This document shows positions 40,229-47,444 of a stretch of 52,430 bases of DNA, one piece after another. A program made the position numbers and the translations under genes. Under the pieces are notes generated by a model, which was not told where the DNA came from, did no database searches, and was given only the letters and a program-made list of their open reading frames with translations. The DNA lies in the IMG/VR virus record IMGVR_UViG_3300034065_000062, positions 1 through 52,430 of that record. One strand, 5' to 3'. The stretch comes from a virus (taxonomy: Duplodnaviria > Caudoviricetes). Position 1 is the first letter of the stretch. Each line of letters begins with the position of its first letter.

Positions 40229-41028
40229 TTATTCCTTGATTTTTTCTTTAATATTTTAGTTTTGGCAAATTGCCAAAATATATCACTGGGTGCAAGATAG
40301 TTTCTTATTTTTATTAAGTCATCCCATCTAGTATGGGTATTTGCTGAATCCAAAATAACAACAGTATCTCTTTGATTATTTATATTTAATATAACAACTA
40401 AGCAACCACCTGAAGCATTAATAAAACCTGTTTTTGATAATATAAAATCCCAACCTGGTTTATGTAATAATGGATTGGTTGACTTATAATGACCATAAGA
40501 AGTTTCTTCTGTTGTGGTAATAATATTTAATAATGGTTCAGAAATCATATTAGCAAATAATGCTAAATCCTTTGCTGAAGCATGATTCATCATACTCAAA
40601 CCAGAAGGTTCTTCCAAATAAATGGAATATAAACCACGGTCCATTGCTGCTTGATTTACTTTTTTAATAATAAAATCAGTACCATGTTCCCGAGCTAATG
40701 CATAAATTGCTTGGTTATTGGAAGGTATCAAAGCCAACTCAAGTAGTTGTTGTTCAGTCAGCATTGTATTAGTTTTGATATGAGCTCGCATATTAGCAGA
40801 ATCTTCCTTCTTAACTAATACACTATTACCAGCAAGTAAAACAGGAACTATCTGTTCAGCAACTAACAGTTTAGAAATTGAGGCAATTGGGCGAATAGTA
40901 TCTTCATCATGAGCAAGAATAATTTGACCTGCTTCATCCAAAACAACATAAGATTTGGCAGATATATTTGGAACTTGTGCAGATACTAGTGAACTAACTA
41001 ATAATAATAAAATAGCAAGTTTATTCAA
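40225..41028 (-). CDS. D-Ala-D-Ala peptidase (peptidase S11, PBP7/DacA-like), secreted
   Basis: Signal peptide; SxxK (ASISKL), SxN (PSNN), KTG (SKTGF), EPSGL. Confidence 0.88.
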   Translation of the reverse strand: MNKLAILLLLVSSLVSAQVPNISAKSYVVLDEAGQIILAHDEDTIRPIASISKLLVAEQIVPVLLAGNSVLVKKEDSANMRAHIKTNTMLTEQQLLELALIPSNNQAIYALAREHGTDFIIKKVNQAAMDRGLYSIYLEEPSGLSMMNHASAKDLALFANMISEPLLNIITTTEETSYGHYKSTNPLLHKPGWDFILSKTGFINASGGCLVVILNINNQRDTVVILDSANTHTRWDDLIKIRNYLAPSDIFWQFAKTKILKKKSRNK

Positions 41029-41309
41029 AAAACTGGTTCCTTATAATCTGGTAATACAACAGACTGATGACCAACATGAATAAGTCGAACTTTCCGACCA
41101 CCAACACGATTACGAAGATTTGGATGCCATGCGATTTCAATAGCTTGAATATAATCTTGTTGAGTTACTTCAGTAAGTCGATATATTTGCATACCATTAT
41201 ACATACAAGTTGATGCAATAGCAATATAGGCACCAACTTCTAATTTGGTACCAAGCATATCATAGGTAGGCTTACCCTTCTCAAGGGCTTCTTTAATCTT
41301 AGCATGCAT
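41025..41309 (-). CDS. Hypothetical protein
   Basis: AAGGAG RBS. Confidence 0.7.
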   Translation of the reverse strand: MHAKIKEALEKGKPTYDMLGTKLEVGAYIAIASTCMYNGMQIYRLTEVTQQDYIQAIEIAWHPNLRNRVGGRKVRLIHVGHQSVVLPDYKEPVF

Positions 41310-41364
41310 AAAAACTCCTTAGTCAAGGAATTATTATATCATGTTTGACAAGATTAAGATATGA

Positions 41365-41452
41365 AAATAGGGCATTTTCATTGGGGGTCTTGGTACGTAT
41401 TTATCCAAGATTAACAGTGACTTGCGCCCCCGCCGATGAAAATGCCCTATTT
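41365..41452 (-). ncRNA. Unidentified structured element (17-bp stem capped by a 3-way junction)
   Basis: AAATAGGGCATTTTCAT perfect inverted repeat enclosing GGGG/CCCC, a GGC-GCAA-GUC hairpin and UCUUGG/CCAAGA. Confidence 0.5.
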
Positions 41453-41455
41453 ATT

Positions 41456-41674
41456 TTATACAGTTGTATAGTCTTCAACATGAACACTTGCAACACGTTT
41501 TACCATGTTGTTGTTGATCATGTATTGCAGAACACCACGAACATCTAACCAATTTTTGATAGTCATTTCAGCTGATACAGCTTCAACGATTTTCTTCCAT
41601 GGTGTTGGTTCAGCAGTAATAGTCTTAGTCAAAATTGCAAGAACTTGATGCTGTTTGTTTGCAGAGATAGCCAT
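41456..41674 (-). CDS. Hypothetical protein (72 aa), possibly winged-helix-like
   Basis: AAGGA RBS; preceded by a promoter-like sequence. Confidence 0.7.
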   Translation of the reverse strand: MAISANKQHQVLAILTKTITAEPTPWKKIVEAVSAEMTIKNWLDVRGVLQYMINNNMVKRVASVHVEDYTTV

Positions 41675-41710
41675 GATAATTTCCTTGTGGTTGTTTTCAA
41701 TCGATAAGTA

Positions 41711-41740
41711 ATTATACTTCTATCTGAAAGCAAAGTACAC
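41711..41740 (-). promoter_or_regulatory. Early/sigma70-like promoter GTGTAC-N18-TATAAT
   Basis: Minus strand GTGTACTTTGCTTTCAGATAGAAGTATAAT; a similar GTATAC...TGGTATAAT lies near 47626-47655. Confidence 0.55.
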
Positions 41741-41757
41741 AATTAAATTGTAACGGT

Positions 41758-42429
41758 TTACCACAACAAATCAAAGTTGCCAGAAAGTACTTTACTAACC
41801 TGTGCAGTCTTTCCAGTTATATGATCTGTAACAGTATTATCTTGGAATCTATAAGTACGGACCTTATCCCCACGCATACCTGAACCAACTTGATTCTTTC
41901 TATCTTGAGAAACCAACTGCTGTTCCTTGCTGAAGTGTGTGGAATTTAGTTTTAATAATAAAGCTTGGGTAGCTTCATTAAGTGAATTTTCCCGACTACG
42001 ACATTGTGCAGTTGAGACAATACCGGTTTTGATATGTGTAAGACGGCATGAGTTCTGGTGTTTATTGCGATGTTGACCACCACTACCAGTACCAGAGTAC
42101 CATTCTATTTTAAAGTCTTTTTGATTGAACTCGATCGCTTTTATTTCAGTGGGATCAATAACAGCAACTGTTACAGTTGAAGTATGAACTCTACCTTTGC
42201 GTTCGGTTGGGGGAGTGCGTTGGATTCTTTGCCCACCTTTTTCATTATCCAATCCAGATAAATCCTTGCCTTCTACTTCTATGGATATGACACCCTTAGT
42301 AGTTTCGACAAGGTGGTGCTTTCAGCCAACTCGTTGGAAGTGTTTAATGTAGGAGTTAGCTAAATCTTTTGAGAAGAGTTTAGCATCATCACCGCCTTCA
42401 GCAAATCTGATTTCTAGTATTTTTTTCAT
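41758..42429 (-). CDS. RF1-type peptide chain release factor lacking domain 1, with in-frame TGA at codon 36 (42322-42324)
   Basis: AAGGA RBS, MKKILEIRFAEGGDDAKLF...QRVG*KHHLV...; QRTPPTERKGRVHTS (PxT motif), GSGGQHRNK, KVRTYRF. Confidence 0.85.
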
Positions 42430-42438
42430 TTTATTTCC

Positions 42439-42935
42439 TTAGTTTTTTAATGGTACTTTATTTGCATATTCTTCTATTGCTTTAATATCACTAGCTACTA
42501 GCTTTCCTTTTGCAAGAAGCATATATTCACCATTAGGGGTTTGTACCCATTTAATAACTTGTTCATAGGATGATCCTTTACAATACCATGTTGCTAATTT
42601 TTCATATAATGATTTTCTTGATTCAATAGCACCATTTTTATTATTAATATCAAACATTATTATATCTGGGTTTAGTTCTCTAATTTTAGGAACCATTGAA
42701 TTAAATAGTGCGCCGAATACTTTGGCAGCCATTTTTTTTCAGCTGCTACTGTCCATTCCCCATCTCTGGTAAAACCAAAATCAATAAGGCTATAGTCTTT
42801 ACTTAATTTAAGTTCATATTCATCTAAATGAATTTTATATTTATGATCTTCTAAGTCAAATATACCATAATAAGTATTATCAACTTTTTTCCATTTAACA
42901 TCTGGATTGGTATCAAAAATTTCATTTAAAAGCAT
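42439..42935 (-). CDS. Hypothetical protein apparently split by a frameshift in an A8 run (42732-42739)
   Basis: Track ORFs 42672-42935 and 42439-42732 join into one ~165-aa ORF if the run is A9. Confidence 0.55.
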
Positions 42936-43022
42936 TTAATATCCTCTGTATATCCCATTTAACAAGATACTGCCATGAATAATGTTTCATTGGGAAATGC
43001 TTATCAAGCCATTCATAAATCA

Positions 43023-43484
43023 TTACCAAGACCACCAATGTTTTTTGTTGTTTATAAAGTCAATTCTTGTTTCTTCTCTAAGTACAGGATCTTTTATTTT
43101 TTCACAAATACCCATTGCTTGTTCCATATTAAAGGAATCTTTCATCCCCTTAACTGTTGCTGCAAATAAAGAATCTCTAACTGTATCCCCTATTTCTGTT
43201 TGAAATTTCAATGCTTGTGCATCTTTTAACGCAATAGTAATTTCCAGTTTAGTACGACCTGTATCATCAAAAGCACCTTCAAATTTTGCTTGAAGTTTTT
43301 TAGTAATGGAATCATAACCATCAGCTTCTAAATCAATACCATACATAGTACTAATTTCAGCTTCAGTATATCCCTGTTTCATTTCCTTAGGCCAATATAA
43401 TTTTGTTCTTAAGGTACCAAGATATAATTCAAACTCTTCCAGTGGATTAGTTGATTGAGTTGCTTGAAAATTTATAAACATCAA
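43023..43484 (-). CDS. Hypothetical protein
   Basis: GAGG RBS; 153 aa. Confidence 0.7.
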   Translation of the reverse strand: MMFINFQATQSTNPLEEFELYLGTLRTKLYWPKEMKQGYTEAEISTMYGIDLEADGYDSITKKLQAKFEGAFDDTGRTKLEITIALKDAQALKFQTEIGDTVRDSLFAATVKGMKDSFNMEQAMGICEKIKDPVLREETRIDFINNKKHWWSW

Positions 43485-43591
43485 TTACCTCTAATAAGTT
43501 TCTTTACAACAACATAGTGATAATTTTGAGATGCAAATTTTTCATCCGTACGCGCCATCATTATTCCTATTTGACTAATTACATAAGCCAT

Positions 43592-43855
43592 TCAATTTCC
43601 CTTGTAATGGATATCTGCATGTTCTACAGTTCCGAATGTCATAAATGCAGATTCAAGTTCTTTCAATGCTGTACGAATTACTTCAGCATTTTCCAGGTCT
43701 TCCACACGTTTATCAAGTTCATCTGTAAAAATCTTAATAGCCACATCAGCTAAACAAGTAGGGAGGTTCATATGACAGCCATTCCTTTTGGCATAAAGCA
43801 GTCCAGGAATAAAATAGCCTACGGCTTCCCATACACAGTCTTGTGAATATTTCAT
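43592..43855 (-). CDS. Hypothetical protein (87 aa)
   Basis: GGAG RBS; TGGTATAAT upstream. Confidence 0.65.
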   Translation of the reverse strand: MKYSQDCVWEAVGYFIPGLLYAKRNGCHMNLPTCLADVAIKIFTDELDKRVEDLENAEVIRTALKELESAFMTFGTVEHADIHYKGN

Positions 43856-43894
43856 AATAGTTCTCCCATTTAGAGTTCTATTATACCACAGATT

Positions 43895-45370
43895 TCAATA
43901 GGTCACTAAGAAATTTTCAAATGACCAAGTATTAGTTTTATTTAATTCAGGTTTGAATAGCATATTGCGTTCATCAAGTGGAGTCCAATCTGATTGGATA
44001 CTTGCGATCGGCCCAAGATAAGGTTTAGCCACTTCAAGAATTTCTTCAAATGGTAAATCTTCTGGTTCTTTATATCCCTCTTTTGGATTATTTAACATCC
44101 AAACAATAACACCTAATAAAGAAGCAACTACTTGTACTGATGTTGCACTTTCATTAGGAATTAATTCACGGGCTTCATTGATGTCTAATTGACTACCATA
44201 CCACCAAGCATTACAGCCATGTCCCATTAGAAGAACACCAAGTTCATCACGGCCACTAACTATTTCATCTTTGACAATACGTTTAGCATGTTGCATTTCT
44301 AATTCTTGGCCACGGAATTCATGGACAGAAACAATAGCACAATCAGCTGGTTGATATGTATAGTGAACAGTTGGACGGAAAGTGACATTAGTACCATTAC
44401 TTACAGAGAAGTATTCGGAAATAGTAACAGCTTCAGAGTGCTGTACTAACATACCATTATAACTACCACCACGTGGAACCCATGATTTAATTAATGTAGC
44501 AACACCTGGTTGTGTTAAGAAGATAGCATTACGAGGACCTGATTGATGAGCAACACCATTCTCTGGAAGTTTATCTTCATGTGTACCCCAACCTAATTCA
44601 GATGGAGCACGACCTTCTGCCCAGAAGCCTTCACAGCTCCAAGTATTAGTAAACTCACCCATGACTTTCGGTCGATCGATAACTTGTGTATCACGTTCAG
44701 CAATGTGTACAACTTTGGTACCAGTCTTCTCCATAAGTTTTGCCCATTCTTCACGGGACTTAGGAACTTCAGTTTTCATACCCATTGCTTCAGCAATATC
44801 TAATAGAGCAGCTTTTGTAAAGTGGGTAACTAAACCTGGATTTGCACCATGAGTAACACAGGAAGTTGCGGCTCCTTTATTTTTATATGGAGCAACAGCT
44901 TTACGTATTTCTTGATGAGCAAAGTAAAGAGTACGTTCTTCCATTTTAGGAATAGATTCATCTGGTTCATCTTCCCAACGTTCTATACTGGTATCACAGT
45001 ACATAACATCATGATCAAGACACCATTTAACAATAGCAATACCATCAATATTAAGACTAACATTGATGAGTAAATCTCCAGCACTTAAGTGTTCTGAGAG
45101 AGTAGAATCTAAATTACTTTTAACAATTTTTAATGGGATGTATTTGATATCTGTATCACTATGGCGGGTTTTAAACAATTGAGCATGTTCACCAGCTTCA
45201 ATGACAGTGATTTGATTTGGGTTGATCCCAATGTGACGTAATACTAAAGGAAGGATGGCTTGACCGACGGAACCGTATCCGATGATTAAAATGCGACCTT
45301 TATGATCAATGTACTTTTTGTGCAAAGGCGCAGATAGTGTTGTTGTTTGTGCTATTTCGTGGAGCTTCAT
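43895..45370 (-). CDS. hss: Homospermidine synthase
   Basis: IIGYGSVG Rossmann motif, HGANPGLV.HF, VHIAERDTQ, NTWS.EG, ELGWGTHE, H.EA.TI, RPTVHY.Y.P, G.DELGVLL. Confidence 0.92.
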   Translation of the reverse strand: MKLHEIAQTTTLSAPLHKKYIDHKGRILIIGYGSVGQAILPLVLRHIGINPNQITVIEAGEHAQLFKTRHSDTDIKYIPLKIVKSNLDSTLSEHLSAGDLLINVSLNIDGIAIVKWCLDHDVMYCDTSIERWEDEPDESIPKMEERTLYFAHQEIRKAVAPYKNKGAATSCVTHGANPGLVTHFTKAALLDIAEAMGMKTEVPKSREEWAKLMEKTGTKVVHIAERDTQVIDRPKVMGEFTNTWSCEGFWAEGRAPSELGWGTHEDKLPENGVAHQSGPRNAIFLTQPGVATLIKSWVPRGGSYNGMLVQHSEAVTISEYFSVSNGTNVTFRPTVHYTYQPADCAIVSVHEFRGQELEMQHAKRIVKDEIVSGRDELGVLLMGHGCNAWWYGSQLDINEARELIPNESATSVQVVASLLGVIVWMLNNPKEGYKEPEDLPFEEILEVAKPYLGPIASIQSDWTPLDERNMLFKPELNKTNTWSFENFLVTY

Positions 45371-45441
45371 TTGTTAATCCAGATGATAAAAGTATATCAT
45401 ATTTATTGAATTAACAAGGTGATGTAGAATTTAGTAAGATT

Positions 45442-45515
45442 TGGTGCTCTGTACCGGTTACAATCCGATGCCTAATCCATACCAGGGATTTGTACTGTCA
45501 TTATACTAACAGAGC
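45442..45515 (-). tRNA. tRNA-Thr(GGT), atypical T-loop
   Basis: Cloverleaf, loop CUGGUAU, encoded CCA; T-loop AUUGUAA. Confidence 0.75.
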
Positions 45516-45521
45516 TTTGTT

Positions 45522-45593
45522 TGGAACCCAACTGCAGAGTTGAACTGCATCAACAGGCTTAGAAGGCCCATGTCCGAATCCCTCGGGTCGGGT
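45522..45593 (-). tRNA. tRNA-Arg(TCT), non-canonical short D-arm
   Basis: Acceptor ACCCGAC/GUUGGGU, loop CUUCUAA, T-loop UUCAACU, CCA. Confidence 0.75.
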
Positions 45594-45597
45594 ATTG

Positions 45598-45828
45598 TTA
45601 TGTGCTAAGTTTATTAAACTTATCTGTTGCCATTTTTAATTCACGATGAAGTTTATCCTGATTTCTACGGGCCTTATTCATCTGTACTTGAACAGCACCA
45701 ATTATTAGTTCAGCTTCTTTATATTTCTTACGAGCAACTTTATATTCCTGTTCGGCTTTATTATAAGCAGATGTTTTGGCTGCTTTAATAGCTCGTTCTT
45801 TAGCTGCGGCTTCATGATCAAATTGCAT
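45598..45828 (-). CDS. Small coiled-coil protein
   Basis: 76 aa, Ala/Lys-rich helical sequence. Confidence 0.65.
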   Translation of the reverse strand: MQFDHEAAAKERAIKAAKTSAYNKAEQEYKVARKKYKEAELIIGAVQVQMNKARRNQDKLHRELKMATDKFNKLST

Positions 45829-45830
45829 AA

Positions 45831-46028
45831 TTATTTTTGATAGACCGTTCTTTTACCGGTGATTTCACCAGTCTGAGCATTTTTAATAGTAACAGTTTGT
45901 TTAGAGACTTTCTTGGAATTAATGATACCACCAAGTTTATGATCACGATCATACATATCTCCAAGTTTTAATGGAGAACCAGTAACGACCCCTTTAAAAG
46001 GATCCGGCATTATTTCTCTAACTTTCAT
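45831..46028 (-). CDS. Hypothetical protein (65 aa)
   Basis: GAGG RBS, MKVREI N-terminus, TATAAATA at 46057-46064. Confidence 0.7.
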   Translation of the reverse strand: MKVREIMPDPFKGVVTGSPLKLGDMYDRDHKLGGIINSKKVSKQTVTIKNAQTGEITGKRTVYQK

Positions 46029-46068
46029 ATTACACCTCTAAAATAAGATTATCTCTTATTTATATGTT

Positions 46069-46142
46069 TGGCCTGTCAAGTAGGAATCGAACCCACATCA
46101 AAGCGTTTGGAGTGCCTTATTCTACCACTGAACTATTGACAT
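46069..46142 (-). tRNA. tRNA-Trp(CCA)
   Basis: Loop CUCCAAA, G73, CCA; D-stem GUUC/GAAU (A24); A31-C39 mismatch. Confidence 0.85.
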
Positions 46143-46148
46143 ATAGTA

Positions 46149-46343
46149 TTACTTTTTACGTTCTTTAGGAAAGAACCCAGCACAGCATTCATCTGTTAAA
46201 CTGGCTATTCCTTGTTTATGACCTTCAAGAGATTTACCACAAACTGATATAGTTTTAGTTTTACCAGTAGCAGTTTGTGTCATGACAACATCAAAATCTT
46301 GACCATGCATTACAAAGTCAAATGTGTATTGTGTAGCTAACAT
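46149..46343 (-). CDS. Hypothetical protein (64 aa)
   Basis: GAGG RBS before MLATQY; the track's longer version overlaps tRNAs. Confidence 0.65.
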   Translation of the reverse strand: MLATQYTFDFVMHGQDFDVVMTQTATGKTKTISVCGKSLEGHKQGIASLTDECCAGFFPKERKK

Positions 46344-46358
46344 AATAACCTCTAAAAA

Positions 46359-46432
46359 TGGAGTCGGGTACCGGAGTTGAACCGATCTAAGTGATTTTGC
46401 AGACCACTGCATGGCCGATGTGCTAACCCGAC
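46359..46432 (-). tRNA. tRNA-Cys(GCA)
   Basis: Loop CUGCAAA, U73, CCA. Confidence 0.85.
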
Positions 46433-46438
46433 ATTGTT

Positions 46439-46512
46439 TGGAGTCCCTGGATGGTAACGCGCCACCTTCCATAGTTTTGCAGACTATCGCATTACTTTTA
46501 TGCTACAGGGAC
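46439..46512 (-). tRNA. tRNA-Cys(GCA), second copy, atypical T-loop
   Basis: Loop CUGCAAA, U73, CCA; T-loop CGCGUUA. Confidence 0.75.
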
Positions 46513-46518
46513 ATTATT

Positions 46519-46620
46519 TGGCAGAGGTGGAGGGAATTGAACCCCCATCGAAGGTTTTCCTAAAAATACTATTACGAATATTTTTAGGAGACCCCTATAC
46601 TGCCATTGTACTACACCTCT
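46519..46620 (-). tRNA. tRNA (Trp-type body) with a 28-nt hairpin inserted in the anticodon loop
   Basis: Canonical acceptor, D and T arms, G73, CCA; loop reads CUCC[UAAAAAUAUUCGUAAUAGUAUUUUUAGG]AAA. Confidence 0.7.
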
Positions 46621-46628
46621 ATAATTCT

Positions 46629-46701
46629 TGGCACCCAATGAAGGAGTTGAACCTTCTTACTCAGATTTCGAAGACCTAAGACCGGTTCCGCCGGATCGGG
46701 T
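46629..46701 (-). tRNA. tRNA-Arg(TCG), non-canonical short D-arm
   Basis: Acceptor ACCCGAU/AUUGGGU, loop CUUCGAA, CCA. Confidence 0.75.
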
Positions 46702-46709
46702 ATAAATTC

Positions 46710-46784
46710 TGGTTCCCACTGATGGATTTGAACCATCGACCCACGCGTTATCAACACGGCGCTCTACCACTGAGCTAAGCGGGA
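46710..46784 (-). tRNA. tRNA-Ile(GAT)
   Basis: Canonical D and T arms, loop UUGAUAA, CCA. Confidence 0.85.
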
Positions 46785-46788
46785 ATAG

Positions 46789-46871
46789 TAACAACAAATT
46801 GCTTTTTAGGGCAGGAGCAGTTGAGGGCGTTGTCTTAAAAGGATAATCCTCTGTCGCAAATCCGGTTGTTA
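46789..46871 (-). ncRNA. Small Y-RNA-like element inside the tRNA array
   Basis: Terminal UAACAAC/GUUGUUA stem; AACCG-N16-UUAUCC at 46841-46867; strand is less certain because one alternative stem favours the plus strand. Confidence 0.55.
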
Positions 46872-46936
46872 AATTCTTAATTCTTTACTATAACTAATAA
46901 ATATTCTTATGTAAACATTTATTTATGGAGATTCCC

Positions 46937-47203
46937 ATGACAGCACCAGTTTTAACACCAGTACCAATGTATCCAATTGGATCAGTTATTTATGTTGTAT
47001 CTGCAGCATCTTTTGGTATTGCTATTGCTACAATTACAGCTGTTGATGTTGCAAGTGTAAATCCAACTGCACCACCAGTAATAACATATTCAGTTAGATT
47101 TTCTAACCCAGTACGTTCAGCAAATATTCAACAGTTTGATTCATCAATGGTATTCCCTGATGTAACTACTGCAGTTGCTGCATATGCTCCACTTATTAGT
47201 TAA
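46937..47203 (+). CDS. Hypothetical protein (88 aa), possible virion protein
   Basis: GGAG RBS before the ATG at 46937; TAAATA box upstream; only + strand gene in the tRNA region. Confidence 0.65.
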   Translation: MTAPVLTPVPMYPIGSVIYVVSAASFGIAIATITAVDVASVNPTAPPVITYSVRFSNPVRSANIQQFDSSMVFPDVTTAVAAYAPLIS

Positions 47204-47205
47204 GA

Positions 47206-47386
47206 TATATAAAGTTGTAGTTTGAGACAATACGGTGGGAGTTGCACCACACATTAAGGCCCTGTCCGGGCCTTTTCTTATCTATTAGAAGACATATTTC
47301 AATACAGTCTTTAACCCGTCAAAGTCAATACTATATTGCCAAACCAACCTGTTGCTCGAGTTGACGTGCTGTTACAACTTTATATA
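47206..47386 (-). ncRNA. tRNA/tmRNA-like structured RNA enclosed by a 14-bp terminal stem
   Basis: TATATAAAGTTGTA inverted repeat; inner GGCAAUAU/GUAUUGUC stem, T-arm-like GG-UGCAACU-CC and two internal hairpins. Confidence 0.5.
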
Positions 47387-47444
47387 ACCTAAAAATTACT
47401 CTGTTCGCGTTACGCAAACGAACTACAAAATAGATACAAGAAAT

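Noticed and set aside
11460-42429. Selenocysteine insertion at the in-frame TGAs
   Set aside because: The aligned residues are Trp or Arg, not Cys; I saw no SECIS-like hairpin after the codons and no tRNA-Sec in the window.
45522-45593. Possible amber suppressor (CUA) reading of the loop CUUCUAA
   Set aside because: Stem register places U33 before UCU, and the gene shares its architecture with the other two Arg tRNAs.
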